From: Phoronis australis
Taxonomy: Eukaryota; Animalia; Phoronida
DNA: 64,000 nucleotides
Assembly: GCA_002633005.1 (NCBI GenBank)
Contig: NMRA01000281.1
Span: 389,123-453,122 of the forward strand
Direction: 5' to 3'
Below are positions 34,901 through 47,683 of this stretch, piece by piece. The notes below the pieces were generated by a model that was given only the letters and a program-made list of their open reading frames with translations, was not told the origin of the DNA and searched no databases. The stretch's first letter is position 1. The number at the start of each line of letters is the position of its first letter. Made by a program: the position numbers and the translations under genes.

Positions 34901-37900
34901 ATGATTGAGTTTACAACTTTGATATCCATAACTGTCGTGCATATGCAGAAAGTAATTGCTGGCTAGTATTTATTGATGTACGGTTTGTTTCTGGTTGATT
35001 TTAAAACAGTTCTGTGTAACATTTGATTTTAGTGGTTGGATTGTTGCTGGTGATTTTCATTTGGAAACTCTTTTAGCGAACTTCAAGGCGGTCAACACAA
35101 GTAAAGTCTATTTCATTGCCAAAGAACCGTCGCAGCTTGAGAGCTAGTATTGGGTCCCAGAACAGAAAAGTGCTGCCCTCTGTTGTAACACAATTAACTG
35201 GCAGATGTCAATGATGATGAACTGAATTTAAAAAATTGATGTTATTTCTTTTATGAAAATGTGCGTTTGTTACATCTTCTATATAAAGCTATATTTCATC
35301 ATTTACATGTAGCTGACAAAAAATAAAAATGGAATTGAACTTTTTACTCTTATTAAATTAATCTCAGAATATTCCTTATGACTATGATATGCAAACATTT
35401 TTTAATTCACAATTTAAGGGTTTGCCAACCCCAATAAACTTTGAAGCACCGTCTTGAGCCTCTGATGTGTTTTGATGTTTTGTTTGCTATGGAAATAGAA
35501 TCCTTTCACAGCAAGGATTATTATGAGACTGGTTTTATGAGAGTAAAAGGCTCCATTTGGTTAGCATTTTTAGCCATCTAAATGGCGGAATGAAGCTTTG
35601 AAATTTCTTCATGAATCATCAACTTTGGTGTCTCTCAGGAAAGTGTGAACAAATTCTGGTTATGTTTATGTTGTTTTTAATATTTTTGAATTATAATTAT
35701 TGTTGTATTGTTGTGGCATCTTTTATTGTGCCAGTCTGCCATCAATCGGAACCAATATATTCTTGTGTTGTCATTGTGCAGCTTCACGTCTTGTAGAAAT
35801 TTTGCGGTAAAATCTCCATAGTACAGGAAACGATTCATGGCCACTTGGTAGAATTTTGTTTTTTCATTTTTTCACAAAGATTCATCCATGCACTTTATGG
35901 TTTTCAAGTTCTGTTCCATATTTTTTGTATACCATGAGACAGTTTGTAAGCTGTCCCAACATGTAATGTATATAGCACTTGAAATGTGAAAGGAAGAAAT
36001 TTGGGGAATTCTTAATGTTCAGAATTGGTGAAACTTTAACATACTTCATGCAATTTCAGTTTTTGGCCAAATTGAAAAGAAATAGTCATTTTGTTCTAAA
36101 ATCCTTTGTTTTATGGTCACTGTTTTAGTAAAACCTTTATCACGTTATCCATAATGTCTGTTATATAGGGAGAAATACATTTGATTGTTTTTAATTACGT
36201 TCATGATTTTGTTTCAGAATTTTGCTTGTCTGTTTTAATTGCCATTCTTCATCTGCTCTTGGTTTCCCATGGACTAATTATTGTCTTTTACATACCTTTT
36301 GTGTAGCCACATGTGGACACAAGTGCTGGTGCTCTTGATACATGGCCCGCACATGCCTCAGGGCACGCGACGTCCATGGTGTCCGTCGGACTTACTCGTA
36401 AAAACAACCTTGTGGTCACCAACGAGGAAGAGCAAGGAAAGCCATCCTTGATACCAAAACCAAAGTTCTTGGATCAGCTAGAATCATTCCTCAAGAAGGA
36501 GCTAAGGGCCTTAGGGGTCACCAAAGTGCAACCCAGTGACCTGAGGTTACAGGTAAGGGGTCAGACTTCATTTAATGTATGCAGTAGTGCTGGCTTGTCT
36601 TGTATGCACAAGTTCTTGTTTGGTATTTTTACAAAGCACTGCTAATTTTTGGTAGCTGAACATTTATCTTTAAAGTTAGTTATTAACTATTGAATTATGT
36701 AGATTGAAAAACATTGTCCAAAATTTGAGAAATATGGTGAACACCAAAATCGCCCTTTTCCCAAATTTCAGAATCACGAAATTTCAATTTTGCAGTAGTT
36801 TCTGTGTCCCATATTGAAAATTTTTTACCGTAATCAAATCATTTAGTCACGAAACATTTAGCTCACAGTAAAACCCTTAACAAGGTAGCGGGATTGCATT
36901 AAAAATTATGTATAGTAAGGTTCTTTGTGCCTGGTAGAAGACTTACTGTGGTGCATGGTATTTTAGTAGAGATTGATAGAGTGCTAAAGTTTATCCACTG
37001 TGCACTCAACAGGAGATTACATGACAAGGATACTATATTATTACTACCCCTAACAGTAATAGTAACTTATGGGATTCCGCATTTTGAGAACTAGTTTTCT
37101 CCAATCAATAACATAGGTCAAACTGGTTCTTGACCCCTGTAAGTGACTTCTTGCCTCCTGACTATATGGACCCAGGAAATTCACTTATTTTATCAGGCTG
37201 GTTTAATCGCCCTTTTGTTGAATGTACTGGTTGTTTTATAAACAAATGCAAATATCCCAATTTATGTGTGCTTCTGTTTTGTGACGATCATGCAGGCCCA
37301 TCGTGAAGTGTTTGAGTATCTGATAGAGGATTTCAAGACGTACAAGCCACTCCTTGCTGCTATCAAGAATGAATACGAGATGATGTTAACACACCAGCGT
37401 GAACAGATCCGTATGTTGGAGCCTCTCAAGCAGATGTTGGTTACAGTGTCGGAGCAATGTGATCAAAAGATTATGCAGCAACGTGAACTAGAGAAGGAAG
37501 GTGTGTATATTGCGGCTGACTAAAAGTGAACCATTGATGGGAGTTGTTCATAGAACACTGATGACATTTAACATGAATTTTGCTTGAAGGCAAAGTGCAA
37601 TGCAAAAGGTACTCTTATAACATATATATCTGGTTAGCTAGTCATATTAGCAGCTGCATTGTGAGCTGTTCAATTTTAAATCAGAGTGTGAGTGGCATTT
37701 ATTTTTCAAGTATGCCATTATAGCTGTCTTAATGCAAGTGAGTGCATTGTAGCTGGTTGAAATGTATTATAATGGCATCATTCAAGAGATGTTACTTGTC
37801 ATCAAAGACGAAATAAGTAAAACGGTACAATTACCTGTTAGTATTTTATTACAGATGAAAAGCCTTTATCCCCATCATTCCAGAAATATATTGTCATCAC

Positions 37901-40900
37901 AATTTGAACACTGATTTGAATTTATATAATCAACATTTTTGTTTGTAGAAATAACAAATTTGAAAAGCCTCAATCAGGCGTTACACAGAAAAATTGATGA
38001 GATGCGGAATGAGCACAAATCTCTGGAAGCCCAAGTTGAGCGCCTCCTTAAGGACAGAGAGGATGAATACAAAATGTACCGTGACGAGTGCGATGCAAAG
38101 AAACAACTGGTATCAGATATTAATGAGCTGCGGTATCAACAGGAGGATGTTGTCATGGCAGCACAGCAGGAGGAATCTGAGAAGGAAGATGTAGAGATGT
38201 TGCGCATCGCAGTCAAGTAAGTTGACGTAGAAAGGCCTGTCCTGAAATAGCACAGTGCCACTCTCTCTCTTAATTATTTACCCATAATGCAACACAGGAT
38301 TGAACAGGTGAACTCATCTAGTGTGCTGAGAACTGCTCTTCATGAGGGCATTCAACCCATTTCCATCACATTCTTTCTTATAATTTCAGTAATACTAAAA
38401 AGGTACTGGCATGTGACCTATAATGCTGCACCAGGCACCCTAAGGCCAAACACTTGATCCCCCTGCACTGATCTCCTGATTATGACTCATGAAAACCCCT
38501 CATTGAGCTCCTCATGAGTCAGGTCTTCCCAACTTTTTTTCTCAAGAAATTAGAAAAACTTAATCCTTTGTGATCTGCCTGTGTCATGTGTCCATTGATT
38601 ATGGCAGCAAAGCATTTCGTTAGCAAGGCAAATCTCTACTAAACATTGAGGAGTCTCAACTTCTGTGTCAGTAATTAAATGAACCATGATCAAGAACATC
38701 TGAGTGGATGTTGGTTAAAATTTACATACAGTTTCCTAAGTGTGAAGCATTTTTGTCATCGGTTTCTGTTTGTTTTAAAGGAAAGCACGTGAAGGTGAAG
38801 CCGACGCCAGTCATCGTTTAGCTCAGATGGAGGCTGACTATGGTGACGTGGTGCCAAGGAGAGACTTTGAGGGACTACAGAAAACAATGGCGGTAAAGTG
38901 TCATGCTCTCAGCATAATTAGATTGTTGTACTAGTAATAAGTGCATCCTCGGGAACAGCCATTTTTATGTGATTACATCTCACATTAGAAGACAATTACC
39001 CTTTGTTCGCGTACTTATTGGGATTTTTGCTATGAAGAACAAGCACATTTGTCTTCTCGTTTTTTAGTAAGGCAGTGATGTAACACAGAGGGCTGTCATA
39101 TTTTTGTGACTTGCATATATACAGGGGGTACAGAAGTTTTTGCTGTGAACCACTGACAACCTCAACTGGCGCTATTTGGCAATGCTAGTGGTTATAGTAT
39201 TGTTGTTAGGTACTGGACTTCTACCATTGTTGAATTTACTACTGAATTGATTGTATTTGATGCTTGACAGGCATTCAATAGATATTGACTATTGATTAAC
39301 AGTTTTACCAGGACTCCAATTAAATGCTCATTCAGTCTCTTGTGCTTTAACTTGTGGTCCTTGTTTCAGCGTTATCAACAGTCGATCAGTAAAAATGTAA
39401 GAACAGTCCATAGACATAAACACAGTTCAATGTTAACTGTTAGGTTGCAGTGGGAGACTTACTCTACTAAGCACTCGAACGTTCATCAATTTCTGTGTTA
39501 TTTCTTAAAGGCATGTAATTAATCATGCAGTATTTTGGATGCACACATAATCTAACTATTTTTGGGACATGTATTTGCATAGCAAATGTTGTTTTGACTT
39601 TGCATCTGGTGAAAAGAACATTATTATTATATGATTAGCTTTACCTTCCGACTTTGAAGCATCAAAATGGTTGTCACGGTGATTTGTCTTGCATGGAGCC
39701 CATGAGCAGACGGGTATTTTTAATACAGCTGTTTCAAATCAGTTTTCATCATCATGTTTTTATTTCCAAAAAAATTAATATGTCTGTAATGGATAAAAGC
39801 CATCACTGGGAAGCATTTACGTACTACTATAAGCAATATTATCATGTGACAGTTTAAGTAATTAGCATGTTGCAATTTTGTTTAATTAGGATGATAAGGT
39901 GGCCTTCTCTACTCTACAAGAGGACTTCACCAAGCTAAAGACTGAACATGATATGCTGCTGGACCTGAATAACCAAGTTGTACAGCAAAGGGATCAGTAT
40001 TATCAAGAGGCTGAACATCTCCGGCAAAGTGCCACTCCTAGGTCAGTCATTACAATAGCTTTTGTTTTCACTTAATTGCAGTGTTCTGCAGACAATCTCG
40101 GCCATATACCAGGACCCACACTCTAGTCTCTGAACTCAGACTTGAAGCTTAACTAATCACGCCCGCATGACTAGAATATAAATTTGTAAGTTTGTTTAAA
40201 ATGTGTCTTGCAAATGGAGTCGAGTTTTGAGTTTGGAGAGCATACTATGGGCTCTTGAAATCTTTTTTAAAAAATTTTGACTAGGAAACGTGCATATTTG
40301 AAGCTTAAAATTCATTGTAATTTCAAAGCAATTGACACCAGAACCTTTAAATGTTTTCAATTATATATTCTTTAGTATAGTTTTTTTTTAAATGTCAGAT
40401 AATTCCCATTATTGTTTATTCTAGTGAAGAAAAGAAATTTGATTGCGGGCTGAAATGAATATTGATATTATTGATATGGGTATGCCTGAGTATATGTAAT
40501 TTTCAATGCCAAATATACATGCAGACATTGTATTTGACTAATCTCAAAAATGTCTGTTACTAAATATACGACCCAGCTTTGTCTGCAAAAAATTCCAGTT
40601 TTAAACTAAGTTGTAATTTTTGGCAATGTTAGCAATAATTATACTCACTGATAGTTGATTTTATTCAAAGTTTGTCAAAGCTATTTTTATTCTATGGTAA
40701 AATCTCACCTATTTCAGACAAATATGATTACTGAAATTATCTTTTTCTCATTTTTCAAGGGTGGCTAACATTGATTTGAATTCCCACAATATTTCAAAAC
40801 ATTGTTTGATGGTTGCTATGGTAAAGAATGTGAACATAAGAAAGCATTACTCTGTTGCTATCTGTCTTGAAAATAATGAGAAAATAAAATGATTTCACTT

Positions 40901-43900
40901 GTTGGCCATAATGTGTCCTACATTGGTGAGATTTTACCATACTTTTTATTTTTACTAGGCTGTTGCTTACGTACTGCTTCCAGTATGTTTTGTATGGTTT
41001 CTTTATGGTTTTTCACTGTGACATTGCATTTCACATGAGACTAGTTGAAGTCCCAACCCATGATGGATTCTGGTACAAAATGAACAGAAATTAGCCGAAC
41101 TGACACGTTTGTCCCAAAATTCTTAGCTAAGTGCTTCTAATTATATGTCAATGCTAAGGAAAATTTTCGAATATCCTCTTGGCTTAGAGATGTCAGTTAC
41201 AAAATGGTGATTGTATTCGTACTAAACTTCCTCCTCTTGTGTGAAGCTCAACTGAGAAGAGTATTTACTACATAATCTAAAAAAATCTGAGTACCATATG
41301 ACTCTCTCATAAATTAATTTAGTGCCAATTGATTTTTATTAGATTAATTCTAATTTTGATTTTGACCACAGGCCAGACTGGGGTAAGGTTGGTGAACACA
41401 TCCAGGGTGGACTGGATCGGTGGCAGGAAATATCAAAAAACAAAGGAACTGATGAACTAGTTGACCTACTTATCCAGGAAATTGCAGGAGGCGAGGGTGG
41501 CGGCGAAGGGGCGCAGTTTTTCGAAGGGCTGGTAGGTGCAGTGGATGTGGATGTACTTTTCGTATTGGAAAAATTGTAGGAATTGTTGAATATTATTGTT
41601 TTTAAAAAGAGAAAGAATCGGATTTAGGGCCAAAGCTGTATACTAGCCAGGTTTATTTGTTGTTAGGTAGAATATAGACATACTGAAATTTTAGTTTTGA
41701 CCAAAGATATAAAACAGTTGTGCTTTTTGTGATTTCACTAGAAATTTCCAGTTCTCGATGCTGGCTTCCAGTCATTTGGTAATTAATTGAAATTGAGGTC
41801 ATGTGTGACCTTATCACTTAAAGCTTCTTAAAATGCTTTGACACTTGCTGCATTGGATTTTAGCAAGGCATCTCTAATACACTTCATAAATATTATGTAG
41901 AATGGGCAAGAACATGGCGATGCCCACACATCTTGAAGGGCAACAGGAGGTGGACAACCACCCAGCTAGGTGGCTCATCCATTGCCCCTCTCCTAGACAC
42001 TCAGGCACTAATTTTATGAAAAAATTCATGGACTGTGCCATTCGTGTCGCTGGGCAAATGAAGCACATACTAGATTAAAGGATAACTTTTTCTTAACACA
42101 CTTTTCCTTGCATTTAAATTTCTTTAAGTACAATTACAATCGGCATAAAGGAGATGAGTTGAAGCTCACATAAAGTGGTTCTATTGCAAGGTGTTGCCAA
42201 ATTTGCATGGTGATGTCACATTTCTGTAACTCATTATTGTTTTGTAGCTGTTTTTGCTTAAAAATCCCAACTGCTTTTGTTGAGATTGCAGATTGACCAC
42301 GAAAGATCCTAAAAAATAAGAAAATGAGAATGTGCTTAGAAAGATTCATGAAGGCATTTTCATATTTTTGTGAGCTGTTGTGTGAGATTGTCAGGGTTCA
42401 AAATTTACACAGACTAGTACTTCTCATACAGATGACATTCTATGTGGTTTCATTTGTTGCAGGGCCTAGGAGATGAGGTACCCATCTATCTTCGTTTTGA
42501 GGGACAAGTGCGCAACAGACGACTGGCTAAACGTGACGTGGCTCTGTTCGTGAGAGACATCTGGAGGGAGAAGACAACACATGATGCGGAGGTAGTTGTC
42601 ATTTCTGGTGCAGATAGACAGGGTGCCTTAACCAAACCTGCTCACCCATCTTTTGTATTACTGCATTGGAGAAGCTGATGTAACATAAATTCTCTTATGT
42701 CAGACCATTGTCACATGAACCTCTGGTCATAATCTTGATGTTCATTCCTGCCTTTATAGTTTAGTCATATCCCTCATTGTTACTGAGATGCGAACCTGGG
42801 CACTGTTTCAAAAATAGACACGTGGGCCTAACTAACTGTACACAGTAAAGTCTCACCAATTAGGACACATTATGACCAACAAGTGAAATTTTATTTTATT
42901 TTTTTCCTGAAACCTGTGTGGCAGCAAACTAAATGATTTTCATTTTGTACCATAGTTACCTTCATAATAATGTTTTGAAAAATTGTGGGCATTCACACCA
43001 AACTTAAAAGCTCTTAAAAATTTCAAATGGCATTTTTGGCAATTAATTTTGTCGGATATTGATGAGATTTTACCTATTATGGTGTGCTTCATGTAGCCAC
43101 AGAAAAATGTTGATTTTAAAACAAAAATCAAACAGTTTAACTAATTGAATAACTTATAAAGCTTCTGGAGTTAGGTTCGCTATAAATTAATTTTAAGGGT
43201 CTTGTTTACACATTCGTTTTGTCTCTTTTTGTCTTTTCTCACTAGAAAGAGTTATGGTGTTAGGTATTATGTTAAAATGGCTTGTATTGTATAAAATTCC
43301 TGGATTTGTTTTTGTTTACAGTTTCTGAAGGCTTACAAACAGGATGGGGTCAGTTATAAGTAGTTACAAGTTATTTTGCTAGTTGTTACTCATTGGTTAT
43401 GTTTACGTTTTAGTTGTTTTTGTCATTACAGGCTTAGTTTACCAAATTTATAGTACTGGGATATTATTTTGTGACATTACTAATATTTCATCATATAAAG
43501 GTGGGCCATCATTTGATGGCATACAATTGATCTCTCCGAAAGGTTTTAGCTGATGGTAAAACTTTGTCAGATTGACCAGTTTGGCTTTGTGAGTTTCACA
43601 GCCAGTGCCAAGTTTTTTCCCATGACGAGTAGCCCACTTTTTTCACAATAAACCGGATGGTGTCAGCCCAGAGCCTCACTGGGAGAGCAGCAAGTAAAGG
43701 TCTCTGGTTTCTGTCTTGGCGATTAATTTGCCAAGAAAACTTAACACCCCAACTGTTTACTTTGCATAATGCCGTAACAGACTCCTTTGGCCACAGGAGA
43801 AAGCTAGCCAACAATCTTCCTGTAATTGAAACCACTTGATTCTTCTGACAAATAAGTTGCCAGCCTTTGGAGAAATCGATTGTTACAATGGAAAATATCT

Positions 43901-46900
43901 CAACTGTAATTACGATGTTGTTGCTTTTGCAGAAAACGGACGGAAAGCGCGAGACACTGGCAGAGTTCATGCTGATGTACTTGAAAAAGAGGTTCAGCTT
44001 AGACACCATTGTATATGAATGGGCTTACAACCTGCAGGAAGCATTTGCTCGTTTTGCCAACGATGAGCGCATAGGACTTTTTTGGAGGATACTGTCCGGT
44101 GATGTACGTACATATGGTCATTGATAATCAATAAGCTTGAGTTGAAATGGTTGAAGATGTCAAATAATTATTTTAAAAACAACAACGGATTTGAACCGGC
44201 TTGACATGTTTCAGCATTTATTGCGCACCATCATCAGAAGAAAAAAACACAGTGGCCACCTTGCTAGGCCCAACAACAAGTAATGAAACACAGACACAGT
44301 CAGTTACAAGGAGTAGCTATAAACTGGACTAACAATAACAACCTGTGGTGTGTCAGTGGCTTATTTAGAGTGGGCTTGCACCAATAGATGTGTAGAGCCT
44401 CACGAATTTTAAGCTCCTTTAATTGTTGTTTCTACTTGGTCTATTATAGCAAAGTCATTGAAAGAGCATTGCTGATAACATGTCAAGCTAATTCAGTTCC
44501 GTTGTTGTTTGTATTAACATTATGCTGGTACTTGCTATGATGGAGAATTATTTCAAAATTATTATTAATAAGCTTTCAAACCCATTACGGTTTGGTCATC
44601 AGCTTTGACTTTTGTAATATTTTGACTCTTTTAATGTATTGTATACATTTTTATATATGCTGCTTATAGAAACATTTATAACAATACTAATATATTCTTT
44701 TGTCTGGTCATTGTTTTTAGTAAAATTGTTAAGATGAAAAAATGGACTTTGATGTCGAACATTTCTGTCCATGCCTATTCACACTTTGAAATTACTTGTA
44801 AATGTTTTCCCAAAAAAACAAATTTAAAAGTGTTTGACAATTTCTTACCAGTAAACATGCACATGCTTTGGTTGTTTTACACTTTATTCCACCACATATG
44901 TACTAGTTTGTTGTAAATTGGATTTTTGTGGCCAACATCAATTTGTTTAATGCACAGGCGTTGTTGCCACAGAGTGAATTCCGATCATAAATCCTAACAT
45001 ATGATTGTGAAATTTCTTTCAAAACTCATTATGCTAAAACTTTGATATTAAAAGAAATTATGATATTTCAGGGTGATGAAGAAATCTACTACGAACAATT
45101 AGCTATTATAGCCAAGCTGTTGAACCACTTGACAACTGTGGATGCAGAAAAAGGCAATCAGGGCAGCTTGAACCTGGAGGACTTTAAACAAGCGTTGACG
45201 GATTACTTCACGGATGCGTCCGAGGACCAGATCGATACTCTTGTGAAACATGCAGAGACTGAACTTGAGGCCATTGAGGAGGGAGCAGTGTTTGAATATC
45301 AAGATTTGTTCATGGAGGTGAGGAAATAACTTTTAAGCATTTGGTAAAATCGCATAAATTTAGGACTAACGACGGTGGACTACTGAAATTTGGCACCCTT
45401 AAATAAAAGACAAGTAACATCAAATTCAGGAAATAAAAGACAAGTAATATCAAATTCAGGCTTCACCATTTTCAAGTTCTGTTCCATAGCTACCAACAGA
45501 ACTATTTCTAAAATTGTGTGCACTCCACAATAAGGTCTGAAAAACTGAATGGGGCAAATTTGGCTGTTTGTCTGAAATTGGTAATGTCTTACCTTAGTTT
45601 TACAAAATGAGTGATCATGAAATTGAGAATTCATTATTTGTTTTATTGGTTTTATTCCTTTGACCAATCTAGGGTGCAATGTTTAGGGCGGTATTTTTTC
45701 ACAAAAAATTACAAACAGCAAATTAGATATCCCATTTACAAGCTCTATGTCATAGCTTCTACCATACAATATTTTGAAGATTGTAAGCATTCGTGACAAT
45801 GCAGAAAAATTAAACTCATGGAAATTTTGACATTTTTGTCAGTCGAACTTGGCAAGATTCCATGAGATAACGTAGTATACAGGTGCAGTGCTGATATCCA
45901 TAATCTGTGTCTTGTGGACACATTTTTCTCCAGACTTCAACCTTATGCCATTCCATTTTTTCCATATTCTAACACCTACTTTCCTATATAGCGGCAAGTT
46001 AATGAAATATGTCCTGTCACTTGATGGCGATAGCATAATTGATGGTCAGCATTCTGGGCTCTTGTATGGAGGTTTAGTGTAATGAGGTTTTCCAGTGTTT
46101 GTTTTTATGAATTCTTTGCTGAGATCATGTCATCAAATTATCAATGTCAAACAGTGCAAAAAACGTCTCAAGACCTTTTAATGAAAGAAATTGTGTTTCG
46201 TTCGTGTAAACTTGACCTCTCTTGCTTACCAGAATTAGAAATTTCGTCAAGTAGAAGATGCTTCACAATACCAAAGAGTCGAATGTTCCCTGTTGCAGTA
46301 CAGTAAAGTCTGACCTCTGTAGGACACAAGTGACTTTTTATTTACTAAAGACTCTTTCACGAACAGCACGTAACACCAAAACAAAATATTGCTTTATCAT
46401 TTTCATGCTCTGGACCATCGCTAGCAAGTAACGGGCACTATTTTGAAAATTTACAGGCATTTGTAACACTGATAGAAGCTTGTGTAAAATGAAAATGGTT
46501 GTCAATTCTGAAAATATGCCCGAGAGTAGTGACATTATAATTATGTTTTATTCATTGAATTTCTTGAATTGCCTTGCGTACTTACAGGATGATGAAGGTA
46601 GCACAGGACCTTTTATGGATGAAGTCAGAAAGATGTTTAATAGTAAAAAGGAAGCGTATGTTAAAGACATTCGGCTGGCTATGGGAGAATTGGAGTAAGC
46701 CATTTTTAATTGAGACATTCTTTGAATTAATTGAATATTTCTTGAAAAGGTCTTTCCAGAGTTAAAAATGCGACGACTTAAGTTTATGGGCATATTGCTT
46801 CTGGAGTTAATATAGTGTGGCTATATTTTTATTTTAGAAAGATTGATTTCATGTGGAAAATGTGGAGTGTGTTTGCAATAAATTTGGGCCAGTACGTGTG

Positions 46901-47401
46901 TTCTTGTAAGGTCACACATTATTGAATAAAATAACATTCACAATTCCGAGGCACCCAGAATTTAAAGCATTAGTCAACATATTGTATGCAATTGATATGC
47001 ATTTATTTTCTTAGCCATTTAGTCATTTTCTTAGGGAAAAGTGTTTTCAAAGTGTATGTACTTGGCATTGTTCCCAACCATTTGGTGGATTGTTTCTCTG
47101 CGTATTATGGCAAGATCATCACTCATCAAAAGCTGATCTATATAGTATGACTCTTTCTTTTCACCGATTGCTAATAATTGCAATTTTTTATTCCAGGGCT
47201 GTTAGTGTAGACATTTTAAAGAAGGCAATCTTGACCACAGATCCTGATATTGACAGTGCCACCCTGGACAATTACCTCATTTGGGTGTTTTCATGTCCGA
47301 AGGATAAATTGGACAGTGCACCACCTATCGATGTGACTCGCTGCGTCACCAAACTTATGTACGGGAACATCTCGAGGGTGGGGAAGAGGGCAGAACCCTA
47401 A
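31948..47401 (+). CDS. TSNAXIP1: Translin-associated factor X-interacting protein 1, 13 coding exons, 711 aa
   Basis: Exons 31948-31994, 34767-34854, 36307-36552, 37296-37500, 37949-38216, 38781-38892, 39890-40041, 41372-41531, 42463-42591, 43933-44103, 45072-45317, 46588-46694, 47197-47401 (2136 nt, in frame, GT-AG). Family motifs: PKPKFLDQLESFLKKEL, REVFEYLIEDFKTYKPLLAAIKNEYE, DYGDVVPRRDFE, TPRPDW, FFEGLGLGDEVPIYLRFEG, WAYNL. The first two exons rest on splice and phase fit only. Confidence 0.92.
32252..32314. repeat. Perfect palindrome, 31-bp arms with a 1-nt centre
   Basis: accgtaatgtaaatcacatccgacattgtag-g-ctacaatgtcggatgtgatttacattacggt. Confidence 0.97.
32315..32760 (+). repeat. Two tandem copies (~305 bp apart) of a tRNA-like/SINE-like segment
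   Basis: tcgcttgccaag..gca..tgcctcttgactgaa.ggtttaga..ctcgg...ttcaagt.ctggagtc.ctgaa at ~32335 and ~32640. The second copy has a B box (gggttcaagtcc). Confidence 0.6.
40690..40945 (+). repeat. Interspersed repeat family R1, copy C
   Basis: Aligns over >200 bp with the reverse complement of 42840-43090. Confidence 0.7.
42840..43090 (-). repeat. Interspersed repeat family R1, copy D
   Basis: Reverse complement atttcacttgttggtcataatgtgtcctaattggtgagactttac versus atttcacttgttggccataatgtgtcctacattggtgagattttac in copy C. Confidence 0.7.
44139..44566 (-). mobile_element. Penelope-like retroelement remnant (GIY-YIG C-terminus, pLTR with hammerhead-like motif, inverted partial pLTR)
   Basis: Minus strand 44469-44360 encodes CSFNDFAIIDQV/(frameshift)/ELKIREALHIYWCKPTLNK. 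Downstream is cttCTGATGA..GAAACATGTCaag (44240-44200). An inverted copy of the pLTR segment lies at 44471-44510. Candidate TSD aataagctt at 44130-44138 and 44567-44575. Confidence 0.75.
44200..44240 (-). ncRNA. Minimal hammerhead ribozyme-like motif (Penelope type), possibly inactive
   Basis: CUGAUGA and GAAAC-AU-GUC core, palindromic stem III (ACAUGU), 3-bp stem I (cuu/aag), weak wobble-rich stem II. Confidence 0.5.
45401..45460. repeat. 30-bp tandem duplication
   Basis: aaataaaagacaagtaa(c/t)atcaaattcagg twice. Confidence 0.92.
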
Positions 47402-47677
47402 ATGACAGACGTGGTGTCGTGATGTTGCTCTATTTATTCCTGTTATTGTTGACGTGAATGAAATGTACAAAAATAACGATATTAAGCATGAAATATACTG
47501 ATACATGCCAGTGATGCAGTATTGTGTAATACTATTGTTTGAAAATATTTGCATTGTTTTTTTTTTAATTTTGAATGGATAATGACAATTTAGCAACCTT
47601 GTTTGTATATGAAAATCCTTATTTGTTTAATATTGTGTGCAAAGTGGCAACGAGTCAAGCTAGTTTGTAGAATTTAA

Positions 47678-47683
47678 AATAAA
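47678..47683 (+). terminator. Candidate polyadenylation signal of TSNAXIP1
   Basis: AATAAA ~280 nt after the stop codon, followed by a T-rich tract. Confidence 0.45.
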
